A stretch of DNA of 64,000 bases from Candidatus Marinacidobacterales bacterium (GTDB lineage Bacteria; Acidobacteriota; Vicinamibacteria; Marinacidobacterales; DATDRI01): assembly GCA_965219415.1 (NCBI GenBank), contig CBDCNP010000002.1, positions 5,152,001 to 5,216,000 on the forward strand, read 5' to 3'. How positions within the stretch are numbered: position 1 is the stretch's first letter; each line of letters begins with the position of its first letter. A model generated the notes under the pieces. That model saw only the letters and a list, made by a program, of their open reading frames with translations. It was not told where the DNA came from and did not search any database. Shown one piece after another: positions 1 through 10,952 of this stretch. Position numbers and translations under genes: made by a program.

Positions 1-259
1 TCGAACAACCAATGCTCTGGAGAATCTCAACCGCGAGTTTCGACGCCGGACGAAAACCCAAGCGTCGTTCTCCAGCGAGGAGTCTGCGGTCGCTTTGCTG
101 TTTGGGCTTATCGCCTCTGGCCAGATTCAACTACGACGCATCGACGGCTACCAACGTCTGAGCGAGGTTCTCGAACACGCGGAGGTTGCCGCCTGATATG
201 ATACTCTGATGACGGAGTGGAGGGCGCCGTTCTTTTTCCACGGACCTCGGGACACATCC
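1..259 (+). mobile_element. IS256-family element, 3' part (transposase C-terminus to 196 plus right end), cut by window edge
   Basis: Reverse complement of 40870-41128 except 2 substitutions; encodes RTTNALENLNREFRRRTKTQ; identity with the other copy stops after GGGACACATCC at 259. Confidence 0.93.
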
Positions 260-304
260 CACCGACATGGCAGTTTGAATCTAGATCGATTAGGCTTCGT
301 TGAG

Positions 305-961
305 ATGGAATCGGCTTTCGAGGCAAAGCGGAAAATCATTCAGGCTTACGACGATTTCATCATACGGCTTTATTGTAAGATTCGGTTTCGTATTATGAAC
401 ATGCGAATCCTGGATGAGATCGAACAGTATCTGCCGAAGGAGGGGAAGATCTTAGATATCGGATGTGGATTCGGCCTCTTTAGCTTGTTCTTTGCAAGCT
501 GTGCGCCGTCACGCTCGCTCTTTTCATTCGACATCAATCAACGTCGCATCCGAATTGCGCGTGAGTCAGGCGAAAAACTCGGGCTAACCGACCGTGTTTG
601 TTTTCGCAACGGTAACGTGCTCAAGTACGAGTTCGGTGAGAGGGTCGACGGCATCGTCGTGGTGGACTTACTCCATCACATCCCCAAGGGTACGGTCCCA
701 GAGATTCTTCGACGTTTCTACGAGATTCTCTCGAGTGGAGGGATCGCGATCATCAAGGATGTCGACAACAGGCCCTTGCCGAAGGTTGTTTTCACGTGGG
801 TTCTCGACAAAATCATGGATCTCAAGACGCCAGTCCACTACTTCTCTCGGGAACAGATGTCCTCAATGCTGCGGTCGGTGGGATTCGACGTCAAATATCA
901 CGAGCTCCGGGATATCTTGCCCTACCCTCACATCTTGTATGTGTGTCGAAAACTCGCTTGA
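305..961 (+). CDS. Class I SAM-dependent methyltransferase
   Basis: ILDIGCGFG motif I, DLLHHIP motif; the ORF extension back to 209 begins inside the IS end. Confidence 0.88.
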   Translation: MESAFEAKRKIIQAYDDFIIRLYCKIRFRIMNMRILDEIEQYLPKEGKILDIGCGFGLFSLFFASCAPSRSLFSFDINQRRIRIARESGEKLGLTDRVCFRNGNVLKYEFGERVDGIVVVDLLHHIPKGTVPEILRRFYEILSSGGIAIIKDVDNRPLPKVVFTWVLDKIMDLKTPVHYFSREQMSSMLRSVGFDVKYHELRDILPYPHILYVCRKLA

Positions 962-962
962 G

Positions 963-2886
963 CGTCGTGTCCAAAAATACAAACGAACTCAAGACCGGCG
1001 TGCCGGGACGTTTCGGAATAGACGTGTCTACGCTTGGTTCGCAGCACTTGAATGACCGGGTTGATTTCTCCGGGATTGCAGGCTAGCGTAATCTCTAAAC
1101 AGACAGCGAGGAGAGGAGAGACAAATGCAGCCACTTTACGATCCCGAGGGTGTTCGGCCCATGTGGGAGGAGCTTGCCCAATGCGGGGTGGAGCCCGTGC
1201 AAACAAGAGAGAACGTCGACGAGGCCTTGAAGAGGCCTGGGACAACGCTCGTGGTGGTGAACTCGGTTTGTGGATGTGCTGCCGGCTCGGCGCGCCCGGG
1301 TGTGACTCGCGCCCTGCAACACAGCACAATTCCCGATCACCTCACGACGGTCTTCGCCGGCGTGGACCGTGAGGCCACGGAGCGCGCCAGAGAGCACATG
1401 GTCGGCGTTGCTCCGAGCTCACCTTCGGTGGCTCTTTTCAAAGACGGCGAGCTCGTGCACATGCTTGAGCGACGGCATATAGAGATGATGAACGACGAGA
1501 TGGTGGCGCAGAACCTGACCGAGGCTTTCGACAAGTACTGCTCTCGACAGGGTCCGTCCGTCCCCAGAGAAGAGTACGAGAAGGTGGAGCACGCGCGGCA
1601 GTGTGGCTCCTCGGTGCCGCTGTTCGATCCCCTCTCAAACCACTAGCAGGCGCTCTTCTCCCCGGCAAAGTCCAGTCTCGTCTCGCCCTCGGGGGCCGTT
1701 CCCCGCCTGTGGCGTGCCCGTCGTATCCCAAAAACACAAACGATAGCGGCCTGTTGGTCACGCTGGATCCAACCAGCGATGGCGACGACCAACCATGTCC
1801 AGGGCTGGCTCTGCCGTCCTGTCCAAAAACACAAACGAACCCAAGACTGGCGCGCCGGGCAGTTTCGATCGTCATCGCCCCGTGGCGAGCCCCAGATCTG
1901 GGGTGTGTCGGAGCCAATGTCGGCGATTCGGGTTCCCCGTACGCGCAGGGAAAACACCATCCAGCAACGGGATGCCACGCTCCCGGGCGGAGACCTGGCT
2001 CCAGGCCCGGGCCGCACCTGGACCAGAACGTGCTAGCCGGCTACGCCGCGGTAGCCCTGGCCTTGATTCTGGACTCCTCGGGCGACCTCTTTTCCGACGC
2101 TGCACGGCCCTGTCAGCGACCCGCTCCCCCCCTTTGGCGCAAACGTGGCAATCGAAAATCGAGATTAGAGACCAAAACCGAAAATGAGGCCTCTTCAGCC
2201 CTTCTAGCGCGTCTCTGGTGACACCTACCCCTGCCAAACCCCGCCAACCGCGCGAAAAATCTCACCCGTCTCTTCAGTGCCACAATTTGCAAGACTGGGT
2301 GGCGGATGGTGCAGGCTGGAGCCATCCGGTCTCTGTGAAAGGTATATTGCGAGTTTTCCAAGTCTGATGGGGCCGCGCGTGGTGGGGCAATGTAGCGAAA
2401 ACTCAGAGAAGCCCTGGTGCCCACGTCGTTCTATCCTCTTGTACTACAGTGATTTAAAGCCATCCGTCACGTGCTGGTCCCCGCACGCCTCATCGACGGG
2501 GGGTCGTTCGAGTTTATTTGCGAATTGACATTAAATCCGATTTTCTAGACGGCAATCTCAACCTCCTTGACGCCTGTAAGAGGGCCGTGTTGTAAACCCT
2601 CCGACGGAGGCTCTGCTCGTAAATCATTGTAGTGAAAAGCTCTTACGCCTCATCAATGGACGCGTCGCCGACGGGAACACCTTTCCGACTATCGCAGTCG
2701 TAAGGCTCAAGTGGGGGCAAGTGGAGCTATTCGGGTCTTGGCAGCAAACAAGCAGTAACGGTGCAAAACAGGTCATCAAAATGCAATTGGAGGCCATTTC
2801 GGAGCTGCATCGAGCGCTAATCGCTCAGTTAATGGGAAAACGCCGTCGTGTCCAAAAACACAAACGAACTCAAAACCCGCACGCCG
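963..2886 (+). repeat. Four dispersed direct copies of a CGTCGTGTCCAAAAAYACAAACGAACYCAA-like motif (963, 1719, 1815, 2844)
   Basis: Read directly; copies 1 and 3 extend to about 45 bp (..GACYGGCGYGCCGGG); copy 2 is degenerate. Confidence 0.85.
1125..1646 (+). CDS. BrxA/BrxB (YphP/YqiW) family bacilliredoxin
   Basis: NSVCGCAAGSARP, TVFAGVD and PSSPSVALFKDG motifs; GGAG RBS. Confidence 0.93.
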   Translation: MQPLYDPEGVRPMWEELAQCGVEPVQTRENVDEALKRPGTTLVVVNSVCGCAAGSARPGVTRALQHSTIPDHLTTVFAGVDREATERAREHMVGVAPSSPSVALFKDGELVHMLERRHIEMMNDEMVAQNLTEAFDKYCSRQGPSVPREEYEKVEHARQCGSSVPLFDPLSNH

Positions 2887-2986
2887 CCGATGTCATCATC
2901 AGTAAGGGGCGATGCCGTTCGCCGACTGATGGAGATCAAGAGCGAGCGTGGCAGCCGCCGCGGGTTCGCTTACAGCGTGGTCTACC

Positions 2987-4641
2987 TTAAAGCGTTGCAA
3001 TGAGGGCGCGCTGTTTCTCCCAATCGTCGGGGAGTGGATGATGCAAGAGGTAGCTCGAGGTCAGCCCAACGGGCTGACGGCCTTCGACAATGGCACGGAC
3101 GATGTCGGGAGCCAGGAATGCATAACGGATTGCCTTGCGCACGCGGTCCGTTGGGATGGCGTCTTCGGTGGCAATCTGCTCATAGGTTTTGCCTGCTTTG
3201 ATTCGGTCGAGCCAGGAGAGGGCGTTGGCGATATTGCGCAGGAGTGTGCGGTCGACGGATTTCGTGGGGTTGCCCAGAACGAGCTTGGTCTCGACGCCGC
3301 GTCGACGCAAGCGGAACGGTGCGTGGATGCGGAGTGCATCCTCGCGAATGCGGTCGGGTCCCATAGACAGGCAATCAGCGAACGTATTGCGGTCGAGCAG
3401 GATGGACACAGAGCCTGGGCTGATATCGACCCGCCGGATGAAACGGAGCAGGCTGGCTGCCGAGGCACTATCATTATTGCTACCGGAACACAGCCCGTCT
3501 AAAAAGCGACGCACCGAGGCGAGCTCTTGCATCGTCGGAGTGACGAGGCCGAGAAGGTCGTGGCATCCACATGCTGTCGGATGAGATGCACGACGGTCTG
3601 TTCCAGCATCGGGGCGGGCAGTCGCCAGCCGGAGAGGTCCTTTTGGCCACTGTGCTGGATGAGGCGCCGGGAGACGTAGTAGCGGAGCCGTTGCCCGTTT
3701 TTCTTTTTGGTGTGGCTCGGCGTCAGCCGGTCCCCGGTCTCATCGAAGAGCTTGCCTGCCAGTGGGGAACGGGTTGCATGGCCCTTGGTCGTGCGTCTCC
3801 TTGGTTTGGCAGCCCCTGCCTGCAGCTGCGTTTGGACCGCGTCCCAGAGCTCCGGAGCGATGATCGATGGATGCTGGCCCTCGTAGACACGCCTCTGGTG
3901 CCGGATGCGGCCGGCGTAGAGAGGATTGGTCAGCAGGCAGTGGAGGTGTCCGCGACGGAACGGCAGCCCGCCCGTTAGGGTTCCATCCGCGGCGAAGCGT
4001 CGCTTGGTGCGCAGTCCCAGACGGTCCGCGTCGGCCTTCACCTGCCGGAGCGTTCCGTGCTTTCGGTACAGCGCATAGAGCGTCCGGACCGTTTCGGCCT
4101 CAGCCTCGTTGATGCGCAGCGTGCGCTCGTCCTTCTCATAGCCGAGCGGTACGCGGCCGCCCATCCATAGTCCCTTGCGCTTGGAGGCAGCGACCTTATC
4201 GCGGATCCGCTCGGCCGTGACTTCTCGCTCGAATTGTGCGAAGGACAGCAGCATATGCAGCGTCAGTCGTCCCATGCTGGTCGCGGTGTTGAAGGACTGA
4301 GTCACCGAGACGAAAACCGCGCCGGCCGCCTCGAGTCGCTCGACGAGCTTTGCAAAGTCGGAGAGGGAACGGGTCAGCCGGTCGACCTTGTAGACCACAA
4401 TCTGCTCGACGAGACCGGTATCGATGTCGGCGAGCAAGCGCTGTAGGCCCGGGCGCTCCAGGGTTCCTCCCGAGATCCCCGCGTCCTCGTAGACGGTTGG
4501 CAGCAGCACCCAGCCCTCCGCTTTCTGGCTTGCGACATACGCGGCGCAGGCCTCTCGCTGCGCATCGAGGGAGTTGAAATCCTGTTCGAGACCCTCTTCA
4601 GCGCTCTTTCGGGTATAGATGGCGCAGCGGATTTTTGTCAT
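2987..4641 (-). pseudogene. Large serine recombinase (resolvase + recombinase domains), frameshifted near 3550
   Basis: CAIYTRKS, VYKVDRLTRS and SFAQFEREVTAERIRDK motifs; C-terminus (RRRGVETKL..AFLAPDIV..LPDDW) continues in another frame (2987-3532). Confidence 0.88.
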
Positions 4642-4642
4642 G

Positions 4643-5077
4643 TCAGGCCTTGCGCTTGGGCGTCAGACCGAAAAAGCGTGGTCCCGACCAGTGTGTGCCG
4701 GTGATTCGCTTTGTGATGGTGGTGAGGGACGGGTAGGTTTTGCCGTCGAACCGATAGCCGTTATCGAGTACCTCGACCTGGTAGGTGCGGCCATTCCACT
4801 CACGGATGAGATGGGTGCCGGCAGAAACGGACCCTGCGGGAGCAGAGTGTTTTGGTGTGCCGTTCGCCATGGCGGCCAGAGCGCGTCGGGTTGCAGCCGA
4901 ATGCCCCCCATGGGTCCGGCATTGGCGTTCGTACGCAAGAACGCGGCGCAGGAGAGCGCGTGAGAGCGAGCTTGGTGGAGCGGACCCAAAGGTCTGCTCC
5001 CAGGCCCGCCGCAGGCTGGCGAGGTCCAAACCGTCCAGAACGACCCTCCGGCCAGCTCTTGTATCCTGCGGCATCAC
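4643..5077 (-). CDS. DUF2924 domain protein
   Basis: GTHLIREWNG..ITGTHWSGPRFFGL signature; canonical position directly upstream of the recombinase. Confidence 0.88.
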   Translation of the reverse strand: MMPQDTRAGRRVVLDGLDLASLRRAWEQTFGSAPPSSLSRALLRRVLAYERQCRTHGGHSAATRRALAAMANGTPKHSAPAGSVSAGTHLIREWNGRTYQVEVLDNGYRFDGKTYPSLTTITKRITGTHWSGPRFFGLTPKRKA

Positions 5078-5298
5078 CGGACGTTCGCTCTTTTGCGCCG
5101 TAAAGTCCAGTCCAATGGGCGCTTCCGCGGGTGCGCAGTTCGCGGCCTGCAGCTCGTCCTGCAGCCGATTTGAGCCAGCCAGCCGTGCGTACCCCAGTGG
5201 GCCTGTCGCCCGCCACCCGCAGCCCAGGGGTCGGAAGCCAGCCTTGGCGCGAAATACCCCGGATTCTTCGCGGATTCTGGAGGGCTGGGCTGGTCGCC

Positions 5299-5880
5299 CT
5301 ATTCTCTCGGTGACGACTTCTGCTTCTTCCTCGCCGTGGCCTTGGCCTCTCTCTCGGCCAAGATCCGGCGAGCGGCCTCATTAACCTCCTCTACAGTCGG
5401 CCCCTCATCTGCTGCCCGGATTCCCTCTGCGGGCTGGATAAATCGCTCCAGTCTCTTCTGCAGCTCCTTGCGGCGCTCCGGGACCAGATACGGGTACTCC
5501 TTGGCAAAGTGGTCGTACATCGTCTGGTCTCTCTCCGAGAGTTTTTTGCCATCGGCTTTGGCTTTCTCGGCCTTCTCGAAGATCTCGATCGCGCTCTTTC
5601 GGAGTGTTCTTTCTACCGCCAGTCGGATTTCGGCCTGACTCGGCGATGTGGCCGGATCCGCGATTTCTCGCGGGTCCAAGACAAAGCGGTTGTACTTTCG
5701 CTTAGCCATTCTTACCCCTCTTCCTGCGCTTGCCGCATTCGCTTTGGCCTGCGCCTCGGCAGCAGTCCGAAGGGCAACCGCATTGATCTCTGCGGTCGTG
5801 GGGCCTTCGTCGACTAAGCGGATCTCCTCGGCTCGTCCCCCATGGCCTCCCAGATCCGTTTGGCCGACACAACTGAGCAC
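5299..5880 (-). CDS. Hypothetical charged protein with an internal repeat (start uncertain, ATG 5709 possible)
   Basis: EEIRLVDEGPTTAEINAVALR versus EGIRAADEGPTVEEVNEAARR. Confidence 0.5.
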   Translation of the reverse strand: MLSCVGQTDLGGHGGRAEEIRLVDEGPTTAEINAVALRTAAEAQAKANAASAGRGVRMAKRKYNRFVLDPREIADPATSPSQAEIRLAVERTLRKSAIEIFEKAEKAKADGKKLSERDQTMYDHFAKEYPYLVPERRKELQKRLERFIQPAEGIRAADEGPTVEEVNEAARRILAEREAKATARKKQKSSPRE

Positions 5881-5913
5881 GACGCCGCTGGCCTTGAATC
5901 AATTGGCCTTGAA

Positions 5914-6318
5914 TCAATCCGCTGGCGACACACTGATCAGCTTGTCCAGACGCTCGAGCAGTGTTGCGTAGTCCCGCACCCACGAGGAGATCGCTTCGGC
6001 CGTAGCCGCCGGCAACGCCATTCGCCCCGCCAGGTCGTCGAGATACTGCCGTTCTTCAGCGCTCATCTCATCATCGACAAGAGCCAGCGTGACGGCATCG
6101 CGATAGACGAGAACCCGTGTGACCCACGGGAGCGCCGACAAGTCATCGGGCACCACGGGAAGGTTGTCGAGGTCCACGCCGAAGTGTGCGGCGTGATGGT
6201 CGAGCAGCTCCCGTTCGGCCGGATGGAGTCCGTCCGCATGAGCGATCTTCGACAGGGTTGCGACGTATAAGTCCGGTGACAGGCCGTCGAGTGGATTGCT
6301 CAGCGGGTCCATGTTCAC
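5914..6318 (-). CDS. TerB-like (tellurite-resistance fold) protein
   Basis: Two TerB-type motifs, IAHADGLHPAERELL and LALVDDEMSAEERQYL; GTGA overlap with upstream stop. Confidence 0.8.
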   Translation of the reverse strand: MNMDPLSNPLDGLSPDLYVATLSKIAHADGLHPAERELLDHHAAHFGVDLDNLPVVPDDLSALPWVTRVLVYRDAVTLALVDDEMSAEERQYLDDLAGRMALPAATAEAISSWVRDYATLLERLDKLISVSPAD

Positions 6319-7777
6319 TCCGTCATGAGGATATCGAGATCGCCGGTCGTACGGAGAATCCGCGCGTCAGGCACGCCGACGGTCTCCGCAAATACAATAC
6401 TGGCCTGCAAACGGAGCGAGGCGTTCACGGACTGATCGAAGGCGACCCCGGCTAGGCGTTCCAGGTTTTCGAACCGAGCGTCCAACTGTTGCATGAAGGC
6501 GCGGAACTCCCTTATCGAGCTGCCCTAGGGCGTACCGCTCGTACTTGGCAAGCCGCGCGGTCAACGCCGACTCCGACTTCCCAAGTCCGTCCTTGAGAGC
6601 CGAGGCGACGAACTTGCCGGCGAGGCTGCCGACGAGGGCGCCGAGCAGCGGAATGGGAATCAGCGTCTGGCCCGCCAGGGCCGCCAACCCCGCGATGGCT
6701 GCGTCCAGGGCGATGATGTGTGCCATTTCGACGAACTGGTCGCAGTCTATCGTCCCGGCATCGTAATCCCGCAGAAGGCCGCCAATTCCCATCAGGCCGC
6801 TAACGAGCGAACCCGCAAACGGCGCCGCCAGGACAGTGGAGTTCGTCACGATGTACAGAGCACCGCCCGCAACCGCGCCACCACCGGCACCCTGCGCGCC
6901 ACCACTCCGACATCCCGCCAGTCCTGCGTCGAGAACTCCCCCCGAAAGGGACTCTTGCCCTCGCGGTACTTGACCCAGATCGCCTGCGCCAAACCGACAC
7001 CGCCCCCGGCAGCCGCGCCAAGAGCCGCGGCCTGACCGAGCCCCGCCAGGGATGGGCCGTGCTCCGCCCGCGCCGCCCGCTTCAGCTCCTTGTTCTCCCG
7101 ATCCAGCACGTCTTCGCGTTTACCAATGGTGCCGTGGACACGTCCCTGTTGCACCTCGGCGTACGTCGCTTCGCCCGGCTCGATCAGGTCATTTGCCGAT
7201 CGGCCCGTTGTCTGTTCCAGGTCGTCCCGCAAGCGCCGGATTGCATCTACTTGGCGGCCGGACAAGCCCTCGATCTCTCCGGTTCGGTGTAACTCGTCCA
7301 ACTGCCGATGCAGGTCGGAGGGGATGTGGTAGCGGATGCGAGTGCCGGCGAAGTTCGGGTAGCGCTCCGCATGCTTCGCAACTCCTTCCAGCGTATTGCG
7401 GAGGCCGTTGTAGTACTTGGACTGGATCTCCACGCTGTCCACCCGGTAGTCCACGGGACCGGTGCGCGGAACACCGTCGAACGTCGCCGCCGGGGCTCGG
7501 CCATACAGCACGTCCAGGGCGCGACGGACTCCCACATGTACCTGCTCTGCGATCTCGCCGTGCTTGGTGTCCGTGCTGCCGAGGATGTTCTCCGGCGACC
7601 CGACGAAGTCCCGCACGGCCTGCATCTCCCGCATGGCATCGAGAAAGGCCCGGTCCTGACTTTGTAGCGCGCCGGTAAGTTCGCCGGCTCGATGCGCGGC
7701 GTCGAGCTTGGCCCATTCCGCCGCGACCTGCGCCGCGACATGGAGATATCGGCACGATCGGCGGGAGACCGCCTCAC
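6315..7777 (-). pseudogene. About 485-aa hypothetical membrane-associated protein with GEIAE and D..QSK motifs; about 3 frameshifts (~7745, ~6897, ~6510)
   Basis: Frames stitch into one protein ending ..LERLAGVAFDQSVNASLRLQASIVFAETVGVPDARILRTTGDLDILMTE*; GTGA overlap at the 3' end is seen, the 5' GTG start is inferred. Confidence 0.72.
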
Positions 7778-8626
7778 AGCGCAACCTCCGCCCTGAGCAG
7801 TTCGCCGAGCGCGCGGACGTGATTGACGAGCGCCGCAAGACGCTCTTTCTGTTCCCGATCGAACCGTCGGTAATCGGTCGGGCCGGGGTCGCGAAGCCAA
7901 TTCAGCTCAGCCAGGCTTCCCGCGGTGTGTATCCTCGTGCTCGAGCCAAGCCCCTCGATCTCCCCGTCGGCCGTCCGCAGCGAACACATCTCCGCTTTGA
8001 CCTCGACGCGCTCCCGGACGGCTCTGCGCGCGAGCTCCCCATTGCGGCAATGGAGATAGATGCCCGACCCCGCCAAGGCGACACCACCGATGGTCCAGCC
8101 CACCGGTCCCGCTAGGACCAAGAGCGCGTTTCCGGCCGCCATGCCGCCGCCGCCGGCCGCGACGGCGCCGCCTCCGAGCCAAGCGAGGGCGGCATTGGCG
8201 GCAGCAGCGCCGGACAGAGTGGAGATGGCTGTTCCCGTCGACGCCGTCCCGAACGTCGTCGCCACCGCCATGGCTACGGATGGGCCGAGGGTGGCTACGC
8301 CCAAGCCAGCGGCGGCCCCGCTTACCCCGGCCGCGCCGCCGACCGTCTCGGACCTGTGGGCCTCAGTCTCGATGCGCTGGACGGTCTCCGAGAACCGATC
8401 GACTTCGATGCGGAACTCACGCACCGACTTGTCGAACTCCCTGGGCGAATGCGCCAGACGGTTCACGTACTCCTCGACCGGCTCCATCACCTCGGCGACG
8501 GCTCGCTGCCTTTGTTCGAGCAGCTGCACGCTGGCGCGTTTCGACCTGCTTGCGGAGGTTCTCGTGGTCCCGAAGTGCGCTACGGAGCTTCTCGACCGCC
8601 TCGCGCCGTACAGACCTGTTGAACAT
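7774..8626 (-). pseudogene. About 283-aa coiled-coil protein with a Gly/Ala hydrophobic hairpin; frameshift at ~8540
   Basis: FGTASTGTAISTLSGAAAANAALAWLGGG motif; N-terminus MFNRSVRREAVEKL joins in frame after removing one A from GAAAC. Confidence 0.75.
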
Positions 8627-8730
8627 TCCATGCCTCGGCATACGCACGACGAAAGAATTAAGCGTAGACGATACAGACTGGGTCAAGTCTACTTTTCCTT
8701 TCAAATCTCCGCATGGTTCCCCGAACTCGG

Positions 8731-8917
8731 TTAGGCTACTGACTCCTCCGACGTGAGTTGTCGAAGGAGCTCACTGCGAAGCTCCTCGACTTTCTTGGCG
8801 GTGAAGGCATCCATCCTCCCTCACGCCGCGCCATTTGCAGACGACGGCCAAGAGGATGGCGGAAGAGAGTTTCATCGTGGCCTTCTCGGTGAAGAAGTGA
8901 GGAATCATTTTCGTCTG
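8731..8917 (-). pseudogene. Degenerate C-terminal remnant of a different IS256-like transposase
   Basis: QTKMIPHFFTEKATMKL..KWRGVR/MDAFTAKKVEELR across shifting frames. Confidence 0.55.
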
Positions 8918-9163
8918 ACAGTTGTGCTCCGCTACTAGGTCTCCCGGCGCCTTATACAACATAGTGATTAGAACGACCTCTCCTGCTAGCGGCTGCCCAC
9001 GCCTGCCCCCTTTTGTCGGCGCAAACGCTCCCCTCGGAAATCGGGAACCATCAAAGGCATTCTGACAACCTTTCTGTGAAACGGTTGCCCGACTTCCGGA
9101 ATTGGGTGCCGGGCCAGTTGCCAGACAACTCTGCGCTTTGCAGGTTCCCGCTTATTCCCCCGG

Positions 9164-9334
9164 GTGGGGTGCTTGCGCTGTTTGCTGTTGGTGATGTGTA
9201 CGTATCCCATTGCAAAAAAGCGCTTACGCTCCATTTAGCGCGCGGCGAAGGTCGTGAGCGCTATTTTGGCTGTAATCTAATGCCAGCATAAAGTCTTAGC
9301 GTCATCTCACCAACACTTTAATGGCGGAAGCACC
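9164..9334 (-). mobile_element. Orphan IS1-type end (copy A)
   Basis: Terminal GGTGCTTCCGCCAT..AAGTGTTG as in the IS1 at 17728; about 170 bp inverted match to 12276-12445. Confidence 0.8.
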
Positions 9335-9362
9335 AAAGGGCCGAGTTTTGGCACAGGACGGG

Positions 9363-10385
9363 GTCAACCGCCAGCAGCAGGATGTGATCGACTACCTGCA
9401 AGAGGAGAACCGTGTGCTCCGAGCCGGGCTTCGGGGCAAGCGTCTCAGGCTCTCTGACGACGACCGGCGCAGGCTCGCGGTCAAGGCCCAGGCTTTGGGC
9501 CGCGAGGCGCTGGCTCAGATTGCGTCCGTTGCCACACCCGCTACGCTTGTGCGCTGGTACCGCCACCTCATCGCAGCCAAGTACGATGGCAGCAAGAACC
9601 GGAGTCCAGGCCGACCTCCGACGGCGAAGGACATCCGTGAGCTCATTGTGCGCGTGGCGCAGGAGAACCCGACGTGGGGATATACGCGCCTGCGAGGCGC
9701 ACTCAAGAACCTAGGACATGAACTCGGACGCAACACTATCAAGAGGATCCTCGCCGACCACGGTATCGCTCCTGCGCCGGAGCGGGGCAGGAGCATGTCG
9801 TGGAGCACCTTCATCAAGGCTCATTGGGGCGCCATCGCTGCGACAGACCTGTTCCCCGTCGAGGTGGTGAACCCGTTCGGGCTCGTCCGCTACCATGTCC
9901 TGTTTGTCATCGATATCGCCACTCGCTGCGTGTGCATCGGTGGGATAACGTCGGACCCCAACGGGGAGTGGATGAAGCAGGTGGCAAGAAACCTCACTGA
10001 CCTGTGGGATGGTTTCCTCCTTGGCAAGCGATACCTCATCCACGACCGGGACCCGCTATTCACCGAGGCGGTACGTGGGCTGTTGAGAGATTCAGGCGTG
10101 AAGCCCCTTCGCCTTCCCGCTAATAGTCCGAATCTGAACGCATATGCGGAAAGATTCGTTCTCTCCATACGTCGAGAGTGTCTCGACCGCTTCGTACCTC
10201 TCAGTGAGCGATACCTGCGCACAGCGGTAACCGAATACGTAGTGCACTATCACACAGAACGGAACCACCAAGGTCTCGGCAACGAGCTCCTCACACCTCT
10301 GCCGGCAAGCGCGAATGACACTAGCCCCATCGTGTCGCGAGAGCGACTTTTGGGCATTCTCAACTACTACTGCCGTGCCGCGTAG
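9363..10385 (+). mobile_element. rve/integrase-core DDE transposase, N-terminally truncated
   Basis: [41 protein letters not shown] and ERNHQG motifs; ORF start at 9321 lies in foreign end sequences. Confidence 0.85.
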
Positions 10386-10637
10386 ATGGTCGCCGGCGAC
10401 GGTAGCCCCTCGGCGGGCTCGACCGGCGTAGCGTGGAAACCGCTTCAGGAACACGCTTGGATATTCGCTCTCGACTAGGTGGTCATCTGCATGGTGACGA
10501 CCCGCCCGCCCAAGACGATTGTAAAGCCCACGGCCCTTGGCCCGGTCGCAAACACAGACACTAAGTTGCTGATTTATGGCCTATGGACTTGACCCGCTTT
10601 CGTGGACACCTAATCCTTTGGGAGACAGGAGTCCACG

Positions 10638-10952
10638 ATGTCAAAGCAGGGAAACAGATACGCGGCCGAGTTCCGGCGCCAAATGGTAGAGCTGGTGCGA
10701 GCTGGCCGCGGCTCCGAAGAGCTGGCGCGAGAGTTTGAGCCCTCGGGCCAGACGATCCGGAACTGGGTGAACCAGGCGGATCTCGACGAGGGTCGCAGGC
10801 AGGACGGTCTGACGAGTGAGGAGCGTGCGGAGCTCCGCCGCCTGCGACGGGAGAACCGTCAACTACGGTTGGAGCGGGAGATCCTCTCAAAAGCCGCGGC
10901 CTGGTTCGCTCGGGAGACCGAGTCGGTACCACCGAAGCCTTCCGATTCGTGA
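10638..10952 (+). CDS. IS3 OrfA (HTH)
   Basis: YAAEFRRQMVELV..LRRENRQLRLEREILSKAAAWF. Confidence 0.93.
   Translation: MSKQGNRYAAEFRRQMVELVRAGRGSEELAREFEPSGQTIRNWVNQADLDEGRRQDGLTSEERAELRRLRRENRQLRLEREILSKAAAWFARETESVPPKPSDS

Noticed and set aside
963-2886. Repeats as a CRISPR array
   Set aside because: Spacing is irregular (100-1000 bp), a gene lies between copies, and there are no cas genes
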